The notes beneath the pieces were generated by a model. It saw only the letters and a program-made list of their open reading frames with translations. It did no database searches and had not been told where the DNA came from. A stretch of DNA of 64,000 bases from a virus. A program made the translations under genes and the position numbers. Within the stretch, counting starts at the first letter, position 1; each line of letters opens with the position of its first letter. Positions 19,581 to 29,194 of this stretch are shown piece by piece. Location: positions 24,487-88,486 of IMG/VR virus record IMGVR_UViG_3300030329_001671; one strand, written 5' to 3'.

Positions 19581-22197
19581 AAAATTAGAGAAATTTAAGG
19601 CTTTCTTGCAAAAAGAAGGTGGTGGTAACGGTGGAGGCGGCTCTGGCGGTGATGGTGGTGGCGGTCTTGCGGGAACAGTTTTTACGGTAGAATCTTCAGG
19701 ATTTGTTCCTACTTATGGTGGGGGTAAAAGAAAAAAGCCTAAGAAACGGGATATCAAGAAAAATACTCCCGAAGGGTTTGCTGAGGAATTGATGCAGTAC
19801 GCCTTAGATAAGTCTATGGAATTAAAGAAAAATATGGCTCTAGGTATAGGACAGAAAGATGTAAGGAACACTGACTTAGGACAGTCTTCTAGAAGTGGAG
19901 ATAATAGGAAATATACTCGCACCGCCGACGTAGGAGGAAAGAATCAGTACAAAGTTCTAAATCCTCCCGAAATTCCCTTTCAACATGACCCAGTTCTGTC
20001 TTGGGAAGATATTTTCCAAAAAGCTGAAGATGAAGATTTACAAATAACGGCTAAAGTTCTTATACGTGATGAGTCAGACAAAGTTTTAATTTTAAAGGAT
20101 AGTTTCTCCGATTGGTGGGATTTACCGGGTGGACATATACACACCGAAGAAACTCCCGAAGAGGGAGCGTTGAGGGAAGTTGAAGAAGAAACGGGAATAA
20201 AGCTAAATGATGTCGATTTGGTTATAGGTCAAGAAGTTGAAACTGATTTAGGGCGTAAACTAGGGCTATTTCTAGTTGCTTATGTACCTTTAGACTCACC
20301 TAAACCCCTCCTTAGCGACGAGCATACGGACTATGCTTGGATAAACATGGAATCTACCTATTACTATAAATTAGGTGTTTGGGGTCCGATTATACGATAT
20401 ATCCTAAGATTTTTATTTGAAGGCGCACATGAGGAAGATAATCCTTATGTGGAAACCCAATCGGCAGCTTTAGAGCGTTTAGATAAAGCTATGGTAATCC
20501 ATACAGACGAATCTGGTGATAAAACCGCTTTGGCATCAGATGGAGTGTATTTGGTCAAAAGTGATGGAAAAGTGTTCAAACAAGAACCGTGGCCAGCATC
20601 GGAAGAAACTGGAGACTTGTTGAATATAGAGGAGGATGATTTTCTCAACCATAGTTGGGTGTTGGAAAAGCGAAAAGATACTCCGATTCCTATGAAATTT
20701 TACCGGCCGATTTCAGAAGAGCATGACCAAATTGTAAATCGCCCATTTAAGCTATTGAGAGGCTCCCCTAAAGATTATGTTGTAGCCAAACCTCCCGCTC
20801 CCAACTCTGGAGAAGTTTTAGAAGATTTAGAACAAATTCAAGCGGATTTTAGAGCTTTATCTGAGAAAGGTCAGGAGCGGTTAAAAGAACAATTAGATAT
20901 GGCTGATGAAGAGATACTAAAACCTTTTTTGAGGTACGGCTTAGACCACGGGTTAGATTTAGGTGATTATGTGCCTATGTTGGAGGATTTTCTATCCGAC
21001 ATAAACACTATAGTTATGAGTAAAAAATATCAAATAAATTACCCTAGACCGTGGCAGTATGAAATGGATGAGCCTTACTTCATTTATGATGTTGTATCTG
21101 CCCTGCGACCGAGTATAGACACTCCTTCGTACCCATCAGGACACTCTACCCAATCTTTGGTGGTAGCTGAGATATTAGGAAACTTATTTCCGGGACACGA
21201 AGAAAACTTCCAAGATATTGCGGAAAGAATAGGTGTCAATAGAGTAAAAGCTGGTTGGCACTTTCCGATGGATCACACCGCCGGCCAGAAATTGGCATTA
21301 GAAATTATAGATTCTTTACCTAATGCTATTCAACTAGAAAAAGATAGAGTTTATCTGAAACCCGGTCAAGAGGCTCCTGAGGGAGTTAAAGTCGAAACGG
21401 GACCAGCGGGGGGTCGTTATTATGATGCCGAGGTTGATCCGGGACTAACGGAACTTGAAGGTCACGAAGAGCGTTCTGAGGCATCTTTCTACGGAGCAGT
21501 AGAGGGTAGAGAACCGGGGATGACAGATAACTTCAATAAAGACTTCAATGAAGCTTATTTAGATATATCTAATCGAATCGTAGGAGAAATAGGTTTAGAC
21601 TCAGAGGAATATAGGAATAAATTACAGGATGCTTTTTCAGAACCAGATGAAAATTTTGTGGATCACTCCGATATGCAATTTTTAGGAGATTGGTCAGGAA
21701 GTAGTGTAGAAAACAGTTCAATAAGTATGCAATACGCCGCCGCAGAACTGTTCGGAAGTTCTTCGGAAAAATTAGATAACGTTAACTTTTTTAAAGCTAC
21801 CTACCCAGAAGAAACTGTAGAAGACTATAAGTATCCACAAGCTATAAATAGCGCAGGAACGTATCTGAAAGATTTGTATTCCAATACTCAAAGGAGTTTT
21901 GAAGAACGGGGTATTAAGGAAATTACTTTGTACCGAGGTGTTAACACTAAACGACAAGTTCCCGTGAAATCGGGAGAAAGAGTAGCCATGAAGGATTTAC
22001 CACTATCTTCTTGGACTGCCCATCCGCACGAGTCCACGTATTTTGGAGATGTAGTGGTATCTAGAACATTTGATGTAAAGGATATTATAGCCTCTTGCGT
22101 GGACAAGCTTCCACTTGGGGAGTTTGAATTTATAGTCCACACCCCAGATGTGGGGGTAGAGTCTACAGTAGAATACGTGTCGCATACAGGCATGTAG
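19570..22197 (+). CDS. Multidomain polyvalent head-associated protein: Nudix + PAP2-like phosphatase + tag + ADP-ribosyltransferase-like domain
   Basis: Nudix box GGHIHTEETPEEGALREVEEETGI; PAP2 K.....PRP, PSYPSGH, R...G.HF..D; C-terminal LYRG...LSSWT...EFEF (R-S-E pattern). Confidence 0.85.
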   Translation: MTSKKLEKFKAFLQKEGGGNGGGGSGGDGGGGLAGTVFTVESSGFVPTYGGGKRKKPKKRDIKKNTPEGFAEELMQYALDKSMELKKNMALGIGQKDVRNTDLGQSSRSGDNRKYTRTADVGGKNQYKVLNPPEIPFQHDPVLSWEDIFQKAEDEDLQITAKVLIRDESDKVLILKDSFSDWWDLPGGHIHTEETPEEGALREVEEETGIKLNDVDLVIGQEVETDLGRKLGLFLVAYVPLDSPKPLLSDEHTDYAWINMESTYYYKLGVWGPIIRYILRFLFEGAHEEDNPYVETQSAALERLDKAMVIHTDESGDKTALASDGVYLVKSDGKVFKQEPWPASEETGDLLNIEEDDFLNHSWVLEKRKDTPIPMKFYRPISEEHDQIVNRPFKLLRGSPKDYVVAKPPAPNSGEVLEDLEQIQADFRALSEKGQERLKEQLDMADEEILKPFLRYGLDHGLDLGDYVPMLEDFLSDINTIVMSKKYQINYPRPWQYEMDEPYFIYDVVSALRPSIDTPSYPSGHSTQSLVVAEILGNLFPGHEENFQDIAERIGVNRVKAGWHFPMDHTAGQKLALEIIDSLPNAIQLEKDRVYLKPGQEAPEGVKVETGPAGGRYYDAEVDPGLTELEGHEERSEASFYGAVEGREPGMTDNFNKDFNEAYLDISNRIVGEIGLDSEEYRNKLQDAFSEPDENFVDHSDMQFLGDWSGSSVENSSISMQYAAAELFGSSSEKLDNVNFFKATYPEETVEDYKYPQAINSAGTYLKDLYSNTQRSFEERGIKEITLYRGVNTKRQVPVKSGERVAMKDLPLSSWTAHPHESTYFGDVVVSRTFDVKDIIASCVDKLPLGEFEFIVHTPDVGVESTVEYVSHTGM

Positions 22198-22205
22198 GAT
22201 GTGTT

Positions 22206-22943
22206 ATGATGAAAACTATTGACATAACGGAACTTGACCCTAGTAATTTGAATTGGTTACGTGCGGGTAAGAAGTCAAAAGAAGCAGAATTGCAGAAAGG
22301 AAGGGTTTACTTGAAACCCGGACAACAAGCCCCTGAGAACGTACAAGTTCAAACTGGTCCTAGAGGCGGTCAGTTTTATGATGAGGCTCCTAGCCAATCA
22401 ACTGCTGATGAGACTGACCCCATCACTATACAACCGGAAGGTTCTATTTCTCCAGAGAATCAGGCGTTGATTGATGACCTAAAGGAAATTGGACAAATAA
22501 ATCCAATTGATCCCGATGAAATGATTATTGATAACGTTAAAGTTGGACCGATAAAGGTTTGGAATGATAGAGTTAACCTTACTGGACTTACCTCCCTTGA
22601 TCCAAGGTCGGGGGCAGGATCAAAAGCATTGAAACGTATAACCGATTTAGCCGATAAACATGGAGTCACGTTAGAAGATGCGGCTGTCCCGTTCAGAGGG
22701 GCTGATGGGGAAATGATTCCAAAAGATAAGTTACGGGCGTTTTATTTACGACATGGGTATCAATTTTCAGATCCCAATGATCCAGACAGAATGGTACGTT
22801 TTCCCCAACCAACGGGACCCATTAGAATAAATATAGGCGGTGATGATAGTTGGACATCAGTACCAAGAGATCAAGAATACGGAGAAGACGAAGAAGATGA
22901 AGGGTATAATCCTTTTGCAGGAACAAATGTTTCGATTAGATAA
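22206..22943 (+). CDS. Tagged GNAT-like acetyltransferase
   Basis: Shared tag, then PRSGAGSKAL...ADKHGVTL...L.AFY.RHGY (acetyl-CoA binding motif and FY..G[FY]). Confidence 0.75.
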   Translation: MMKTIDITELDPSNLNWLRAGKKSKEAELQKGRVYLKPGQQAPENVQVQTGPRGGQFYDEAPSQSTADETDPITIQPEGSISPENQALIDDLKEIGQINPIDPDEMIIDNVKVGPIKVWNDRVNLTGLTSLDPRSGAGSKALKRITDLADKHGVTLEDAAVPFRGADGEMIPKDKLRAFYLRHGYQFSDPNDPDRMVRFPQPTGPIRINIGGDDSWTSVPRDQEYGEDEEDEGYNPFAGTNVSIR

Positions 22944-22958
22944 GTAAGCGAGGTTACT

Positions 22959-24215
22959 GTGCTTATTATAGAACAAGAAAAGCGGGACTGGTTACTAGAA
23001 CAAGTTAATTCTACACCACATCCCAATTGGACAGAAATAGCCCGTCAGTACGAAGAAGTATTTGGCGAAAGGCGACACCGATCCACCATACGTAGGTGGG
23101 TTTTGACTTTGATGCGGGACGAGCATATCCTTGAACATTATGGGGAAGACGGGTTGCTCAGAGATGAGGTTGGTACCCGCAGAGCTAAACTAGAAAGCGC
23201 ACATTTTAAGAAGCGTGTTAGCGACCTAGTAAATAAACAACTTTCCCACGAAAATATTGTAGATGTTATAAAAATGTCTGCTCAGGCGTTACCACCTAAT
23301 AAGATACGTCTGAGAGAAACGCAGAAAACTACTTCGGAAAGCCCCATCGTAGCAGTAGCTCCACTTACGGATTTACATATTGGGGAATTCGTAGACACCC
23401 AGCAAATGGGAGGTCTTAATGCTTACGATTTTGAAATTTTTACTAATAGACTCTTTGGTTGGACTAATCAAATTAGTGATCTTTGCTCTTTACGGCGTTC
23501 CTTTGTTTCGGTACCAATCCTTAAAGTGCCAATGCTCGGAGACATGGTGTCAGGAGAAATCCACGAAGAATTAGTTCGTACTAATTTAGATAATGTCATC
23601 ATGACCATGGCTCGTGGTGCTTACATGGTATCCCAATCTCTCATGACGCTTGCTAGCCAATTTGAAGAGGTTCATGTGGATTCTGTGGTGGGTAATCACC
23701 AACGTCTAAGGAAAGAAATTTACTACAAAGATAAATATGTGGGGTGGGATTATTTATTCTACCAATGGGTGGCTGCTTTCTGTAAGGATCAGCCCAACAT
23801 TAAATTTACTATTCCGAAAACTTTTTATCAGTTGATAGACGTAGCCGGATTTAATGTTCTCATACATCACGGGGATGCTATGAGAGGGTCATCCATGCAA
23901 CAAAAAGTACACTCTCTACGACAGGCTTTACAACCACAAGGGAAAGCTTTCCAATACATGTTTATGGGACACTACCACCATGTAGAGGAACATGATATAG
24001 GTACAGGTACAGCATTGATGTGTGGATGTATGAAGGGAACTGACGAGTATGCTATGCTGCAGGGATTAGCTTCTAGAGCAACACATGTTCTAACGTTCTT
24101 CCATCCCAAGTATGGATTGATTAGTAGGGATACTATTTACTTAGAAAACTTTGATGACGAGAGGCATGGTTTTAATGATTATGTCCCAGAGATTTGGGCG
24201 GAGCTTATTGAATAG
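22959..24215 (+). CDS. Calcineurin-like metallophosphoesterase with N-terminal HTH
   Basis: TDLH, GDMV, GNH, HHGD, GHYH motifs. Confidence 0.88.
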   Translation: MLIIEQEKRDWLLEQVNSTPHPNWTEIARQYEEVFGERRHRSTIRRWVLTLMRDEHILEHYGEDGLLRDEVGTRRAKLESAHFKKRVSDLVNKQLSHENIVDVIKMSAQALPPNKIRLRETQKTTSESPIVAVAPLTDLHIGEFVDTQQMGGLNAYDFEIFTNRLFGWTNQISDLCSLRRSFVSVPILKVPMLGDMVSGEIHEELVRTNLDNVIMTMARGAYMVSQSLMTLASQFEEVHVDSVVGNHQRLRKEIYYKDKYVGWDYLFYQWVAAFCKDQPNIKFTIPKTFYQLIDVAGFNVLIHHGDAMRGSSMQQKVHSLRQALQPQGKAFQYMFMGHYHHVEEHDIGTGTALMCGCMKGTDEYAMLQGLASRATHVLTFFHPKYGLISRDTIYLENFDDERHGFNDYVPEIWAELIE

Positions 24216-24221
24216 AACCTA

Positions 24222-24254
24222 GTATAATATCATTAGGGAGGATTTTTCCTAATG
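24222..24254 (+). promoter_or_regulatory. Putative late promoter GTATAATA plus RBS/start-sequestering hairpin
   Basis: GTATAATA 24222-24229; CATTAGGGA (24231-39) pairs with TTCCTAATG (24246-54), covering the SD and ATG. Confidence 0.55.
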
Positions 24255-24842
24255 CCAGTTGACCGAGCTACTCATAGACGAATTAAAGATAAGATATTAA
24301 AAGCTATCACTAAAGGCGTTCAGGTCAACGGTAAGCATGTGTTCCAAAGATCACAACAATATGTTCCTGTACAAACAGGACAACTAAAAAAGAGTGGAGG
24401 TTTTTCAGCTAAAAAAGATGGTTGGATTTTAAACTATAGAGCCCCTTATGCTGCTGATGTACACAGTAGACCTTATAGTTCTAATGAAGAGGAGCAACCT
24501 CAAACTGTGGGGGCGCATATAAGGCGAGCCTTTAGGCGTAAGGATGGAACTCAGGTAAAAGCTACTAAAGTAAAAGGATACTACCTAACTAAATCGGGAA
24601 AACGTTTACGTCGTGATCCTAGACAAGGAGGAAAGTATCTTACTAGGGCAGTAGACACGGAGATGCCAGATTTGACTACTAATGTATTCAACGCATTACA
24701 GAGACAATTTGGCAGAGTAAAGTTATCATCTTCAACGGCTGGAAAACCAGCATCTTCTGGTGGAAATCCTACATCAAAGTCTGGTGGAAAACCTCAGACA
24801 CAGGGATCGAAACATAAGAATAAGTTTGGAGGAAAGAGATAG
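24252..24842 (+). CDS. HK97 gp10-like/minor capsid (neck) protein
   Basis: SQQYVPVQTGQLKKSG, Y.APYA..VH, KYL.RA. Confidence 0.75.
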   Translation: MPVDRATHRRIKDKILKAITKGVQVNGKHVFQRSQQYVPVQTGQLKKSGGFSAKKDGWILNYRAPYAADVHSRPYSSNEEEQPQTVGAHIRRAFRRKDGTQVKATKVKGYYLTKSGKRLRRDPRQGGKYLTRAVDTEMPDLTTNVFNALQRQFGRVKLSSSTAGKPASSGGNPTSKSGGKPQTQGSKHKNKFGGKR

Positions 24843-25081
24843 TGCCGAGCAAACAGGAAATTCAAAAAATTATAGATAATATTACACCTTTTCAAGAATA
24901 CATCATGCGGGGGGCATCTCGGATGGTAGGACAGACTCTAGACCAACTAGAGTCTTCTATGCCAGAAGGGAAACAACTAGAAAAACTGAAGCAGTTGATA
25001 GAGGATATTTTGTACGAATACAGAGATAGTCTATTAAGGGCAACAGTTGAGTTAGATATACAGCAGAAGACAAAAAAGTAA
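24842..25081 (+). CDS. Small helical protein, paralog of 31640..31858
   Basis: RMVG..L..LE.S.P......LK..I pattern shared with 31640..31858. Confidence 0.7.
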   Translation: MPSKQEIQKIIDNITPFQEYIMRGASRMVGQTLDQLESSMPEGKQLEKLKQLIEDILYEYRDSLLRATVELDIQQKTKK

Positions 25082-25094
25082 TTAGGGGAAGTTC

Positions 25095-25718
25095 ATGTAT
25101 CAGTCTGTAAGAAGGATAGACGGAGAAGTAGTTAAGCAAGATGAAATGCAAACCCTGTATGAAGGGTTGGCTACCAAACATCGAAATTTGTTTTTGTATG
25201 GAACTATAGTAGGACCAATCGACAGGATAGATAATTGGAATTCTGGATTTACAGCAGACTCAATTATTTCTCTAAGTTTAGAGGATTCTAAGGCACCTAT
25301 TATTTTACATATAGATTCACCGGGGGGTTCGGTTAGGGACGGATTGAGGTTGATAGATATAATGAAGACAGTAGATGCTCCAGTTTGGACTGTGGGTTCT
25401 AATTGTTATAGTATGGGGGCTATGATACTAGCGGCAGGTGAAGCGGGTCACAGGTACGTATACCCACATGCTCACACTATGTTGCATTTACCTTCGGGTA
25501 CAACTAGAGGAGATGCAAAGCAAGTAGAAATCCAAAGTAAAGAAATGCAAAAAGTCAAGAAAACTTTGGTCGGATTAATAAAGGAATGGGGAGTGTCTAA
25601 GGAAGAACGCACTATAATGAAAGATATAGACAGAGAATTTTACTTAGATGCGTCGGAAACAATCGAGTATGGTTTAGCAGATAAATTCATTACTCAGAAT
25701 ACTTTTATTGGGAAGTAA
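25095..25718 (+). CDS. clpP: ClpP-family protease
   Basis: IDSPGG, YSMGA (catalytic Ser), MLHLP (His), DRE (Asp), EYGLAD. Confidence 0.93.
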   Translation: MYQSVRRIDGEVVKQDEMQTLYEGLATKHRNLFLYGTIVGPIDRIDNWNSGFTADSIISLSLEDSKAPIILHIDSPGGSVRDGLRLIDIMKTVDAPVWTVGSNCYSMGAMILAAGEAGHRYVYPHAHTMLHLPSGTTRGDAKQVEIQSKEMQKVKKTLVGLIKEWGVSKEERTIMKDIDREFYLDASETIEYGLADKFITQNTFIGK

Positions 25719-25730
25719 CCCAGAGGTTTA

Positions 25731-27362
25731 ATGAACGAATTCACCTTACTAAGGGTGTGTAAAGACATCAAGGGTCATAGAGTTACTAATGATGAAATTA
25801 AGCATCTAGTAAAGGATGTTTCTACTAGAACTTTATCTTTCCCTAAGTCTAACGATTTTAAATCTTCTACAGCCTTTTTGGTAGATACTGCTTCGCAGTT
25901 CTCGCTAGATAAGTCTTTTTTCACTAGAGCATACCCTAAAGGTGATTATTCGTATTTTTCTAAGGCTATGCAAAATTTCATTGAAGACGATGAAATTTTA
26001 GAAAAAGAGGATGTGGTAACCCAAAAATCTGAGTACTTAGACTTTTCCGATACAGAAACCGGAGAACTTCTGAACTTATCTAAAGCTGCTCCCTCAGGCG
26101 GAATGACTACTAAAGGTAGTATTAAAGACGCTATTGATGAGTATGAACGTTTATATAAAGCAGGGTTCTCAACCGCCGCAGAAATTTTAACGCTATCTCG
26201 TTATTACCCTAACAATAAAGCATATGCCCAACTTGCGGGTGATATTTTAGAGAAAAATGAACCTCTAGTGGTGGGTGGTCCCGCTTCAGTTGAAATGGTA
26301 GACCGAGAGGGACACCTTATTACCATGGATGCTATGGATAGAGCATTTAGAAAGTTTATGGGTAATATCAGAACCCGTAACGCCATGGTTCTACACTCGG
26401 ACGTACAAGTTGGGTGGGCGTTACCAGCGTACATAAATAAGTCGGGTCAAATATTTAAAAGTGGTGTGTATGAGAACCACCTGTTTTTCATTACAGAAAT
26501 GCGTAACGACACCAAAATTGCCGACAGAGTAAAAGAGCAGGTGAAAGAGGGGCGTATACGAAGTTACTCCATCGCAGGCTCCGCCCTTGAAACCGACTCA
26601 GAGTTGGTTCAGGAAAAAGGTAAGGACAGAATTATAACTAAGGTAACTGAGTTAGAGTTAGCCGAAGTTACGGTCTGTGAAAAAGGGGTAAACCAAGGAG
26701 CTCATTTTAACTTACTAAAAGCCCATGGTTCAGAAAATTCGGGAACTTGTATAGATGGCAGTTGCCTAATAAAGCTAGAAAAGGAACAAGCTGGACCGGG
26801 TTCAGGTGTTCCCCATGGGGCGGATACTGGTGGAAACTATAACAAGTTTTATGGCGGATTCGACCCCGACAAAGATTTACCAAACGGATGTTACCGGTAC
26901 GCAGGTAAAACGGTAGAAGAATATTCTCTATCTATGGATAATAATACTCAAGGGAGCATGTCCCCCGGATTAGAGTCGTACTCTGAGTATAATGAAGATA
27001 AGGTAGAAGAAATTACTGAATATGATGAAAAGTTAGAAAAACGCCGACAGGAGGTTTTTAAAATGGTTACGGGAAAGCGTTCCTCTTTGGAACAACTGAA
27101 AAGTTTCATAAAAGCTGAGGTTGGTCCAGAAGGGACTTTGACCGAAATTTTTGACACTCCAGAGGAAATTTTAGAGCGAACTGAAGAAATTCGAGAAAAA
27201 CATGGCTGGCCGAAAGAAAAGGAAGCCCTAAACGAATTACACGATATGAAAAACAATCCTGAATCTAGAGGAACCACTCAACGTGGTACTGCTGTCACTA
27301 CGGCAGGACAGGATTACCAAACTTTAGATATCACTAAATCTGAAGACTGCGGGTGTAGTTAA
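25731..27362 (+). CDS. Prohead (HK97-like) maturation protease with long N- and C-terminal extensions
   Basis: VDREGH.I, LHSD.QVG, SYSIAG, ELAEVTVC..GVNQ.A. Confidence 0.88.
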   Translation: MNEFTLLRVCKDIKGHRVTNDEIKHLVKDVSTRTLSFPKSNDFKSSTAFLVDTASQFSLDKSFFTRAYPKGDYSYFSKAMQNFIEDDEILEKEDVVTQKSEYLDFSDTETGELLNLSKAAPSGGMTTKGSIKDAIDEYERLYKAGFSTAAEILTLSRYYPNNKAYAQLAGDILEKNEPLVVGGPASVEMVDREGHLITMDAMDRAFRKFMGNIRTRNAMVLHSDVQVGWALPAYINKSGQIFKSGVYENHLFFITEMRNDTKIADRVKEQVKEGRIRSYSIAGSALETDSELVQEKGKDRIITKVTELELAEVTVCEKGVNQGAHFNLLKAHGSENSGTCIDGSCLIKLEKEQAGPGSGVPHGADTGGNYNKFYGGFDPDKDLPNGCYRYAGKTVEEYSLSMDNNTQGSMSPGLESYSEYNEDKVEEITEYDEKLEKRRQEVFKMVTGKRSSLEQLKSFIKAEVGPEGTLTEIFDTPEEILERTEEIREKHGWPKEKEALNELHDMKNNPESRGTTQRGTAVTTAGQDYQTLDITKSEDCGCS

Positions 27363-28090
27363 TGTCTAAGTATTTACTGTCCAAACTATTTCCTAATTTC
27401 GTAAAAAAGACTCAAACTCAACATTTGGCTAAAGGTCCCTTTGGTGAAGGTTTGGACGCTGCGGAATTGGATAAAGCTAGAGTTTACCTTAAGCCCGGTG
27501 AACAAGCTCCTGAGGGAGCGCAGGTACAAACGGGTCCTAAGGGTGGACAATACTACGACGACATGGGTGGTGGAGCCGTCCCTACAGATGAAGCTCAACC
27601 ATACCCGGCTGAAGCGTATGACCAAGCTATGGATGCTGAAGTAGATGCTTTAAGTGGAATTCCACAAGAAACGCTTTCGCCTCCCGACGTATCCGAAGCT
27701 ACATTTGATGGACAAGGTAATATACAGTTGCCGGGTAGTGACCCCTATCCTATTAGCGAACTTATTGGTTCAGACACGGAAGCTGTAAATGCCCTTGGGG
27801 AACGATATCAACAAGAAGGTGGAGCTAATCCGGCCGAATTACTTTCTGGTTATGACGGACCTCTGACTCAGGATGGTATACACGAGTACCTAAGCGATAT
27901 AGTTCAATATGATGACGCCTTCGTATCTGACAATGATTATCATAATGCTATAGATTTTGCTAGCTGGGTTGGTGAACAATCAGGATTATCCGAAACTCAA
28001 AAAATGGTTAAGATGATGCAGAAACACAATATAGATAACAAAAGGCGTGATCCAATAGTATTGTCCAACAAGGGCGGTACACATAGGTAA
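27362..28090 (+). CDS. Tagged acidic putative head cargo protein
   Basis: LDK-ARVYLKPGEQAPEGAQVQTGPKGGQYYD followed by a very acidic domain. Confidence 0.75.
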   Translation: MSKYLLSKLFPNFVKKTQTQHLAKGPFGEGLDAAELDKARVYLKPGEQAPEGAQVQTGPKGGQYYDDMGGGAVPTDEAQPYPAEAYDQAMDAEVDALSGIPQETLSPPDVSEATFDGQGNIQLPGSDPYPISELIGSDTEAVNALGERYQQEGGANPAELLSGYDGPLTQDGIHEYLSDIVQYDDAFVSDNDYHNAIDFASWVGEQSGLSETQKMVKMMQKHNIDNKRRDPIVLSNKGGTHR

Positions 28091-28102
28091 TAGGAGGTAA
28101 CT

Positions 28103-28573
28103 ATGCTCTCATCTCTTTTTATGGGTACACTTCTGTTACAGAAGGAGAAACCCCATAAGTATATCAGTCGAACTATGGGACCTAATGGTAAGTGGCAATA
28201 TGACTATGGTAACGATGTAGTCTCACATGGCGCAGACGAGAATGCCTCTAGTAGAGATCAAGCTTGGCATCACCAAGATCAAGCAAAGATGCACCAAGAG
28301 AAGGTAGATTCTCACCAAAGGCATCTCGATAGATGGGAGCCAGAAGGTCAAGCACCTGACTACTTGACCCCAATTGAGGAGTCTCAGGCTAAACGAGATG
28401 CTCATCAGGCAGCAGTAGATCACCACACAGCGGAAGCACAGCCTCATGAAGAGGCGTGGCAGCAAGAGCGACAAGCTAATATTGACGCTCTCGCAGCTAG
28501 GAGGGCTGCCCGAAGTCAAATGACTCCACATGAGAGAAATATGGAACAGGGTCGCATCTACGGATGGGACTAA
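28103..28573 (+). CDS. Putative head cargo protein, His/Ala/Gln-rich
   Basis: AGGAGG RBS; LQK followed by HKYISRTMGPNGKWQYDY motif. Confidence 0.7.
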   Translation: MLSSLFMGTLLLQKEKPHKYISRTMGPNGKWQYDYGNDVVSHGADENASSRDQAWHHQDQAKMHQEKVDSHQRHLDRWEPEGQAPDYLTPIEESQAKRDAHQAAVDHHTAEAQPHEEAWQQERQANIDALAARRAARSQMTPHERNMEQGRIYGWD

Positions 28574-28585
28574 GAGGAGACAACT

Positions 28586-28804
28586 ATGCTCGCATTTTTA
28601 AGTAAACTACTTCCAAAGGAATATAAAGGGTTATTGGCTTTGGGTCAACAAATCTTTGCTAACTTGGACACCAAGGAGGAACGGGCTGACGCTCTAGCTT
28701 ACATTAAGGAAGCTTTGTCTGACGGTCAAGTAACCGTTCCAGAGTGGGGTCGGATTGGCGGTAAGTTAGGCATTCTAAAAACCCGTAAAAAGAAGAATGG
28801 CTAA
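28586..28804 (+). CDS. Small hypothetical protein
   Basis: GAGGAG RBS; 72-aa ORF. Confidence 0.7.
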   Translation: MLAFLSKLLPKEYKGLLALGQQIFANLDTKEERADALAYIKEALSDGQVTVPEWGRIGGKLGILKTRKKKNG

Positions 28805-28985
28805 AATTAAAGAGTATTTCCCTATTCCCTTAATTTTATTCGGTGGGATAACTGCCGATATAGCTAATTCTATAGACACGGAAATAATAACGCTACAGGT
28901 AGTTGCGTGGTCTTCCGTAATTGTAGGTTCTATAGGTTTAGCCCGAATAGTGTGGAATAAAGTCCGGTGGTTCAGTAATTCGTAG
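28797..28985 (+). CDS. Small membrane protein
   Basis: Two hydrophobic segments; coupled ORF. Confidence 0.6.
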   Translation: MAKIKEYFPIPLILFGGITADIANSIDTEIITLQVVAWSSVIVGSIGLARIVWNKVRWFSNS

Positions 28986-28996
28986 GAGGAAGTGGC

Positions 28997-29173
28997 GTGG
29001 CTAATCTAGAGGCGTGGGAGAATCGGGATCGGAAGATTACCAAACGTAGACGTTTAAAGAGTATGAATAAATTAGACCCCCCTACTCCCAACCCTAAAAA
29101 GAGTAAAAAACCTAGAATTTCGGAAACTAAACTTCTCGCAGACTTAGATTTGGATGAAATATTTAAAATCTAA
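28997..29173 (+). CDS. Small basic protein (58 aa, below ORF-track cutoff)
   Basis: AGGAGG RBS, GTG start; MANLEAWENRDRKITKRRR... Confidence 0.55.
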   Translation: MANLEAWENRDRKITKRRRLKSMNKLDPPTPNPKKSKKPRISETKLLADLDLDEIFKI

Positions 29174-29194
29174 GTTCATTTCCTTCTAATGTAT

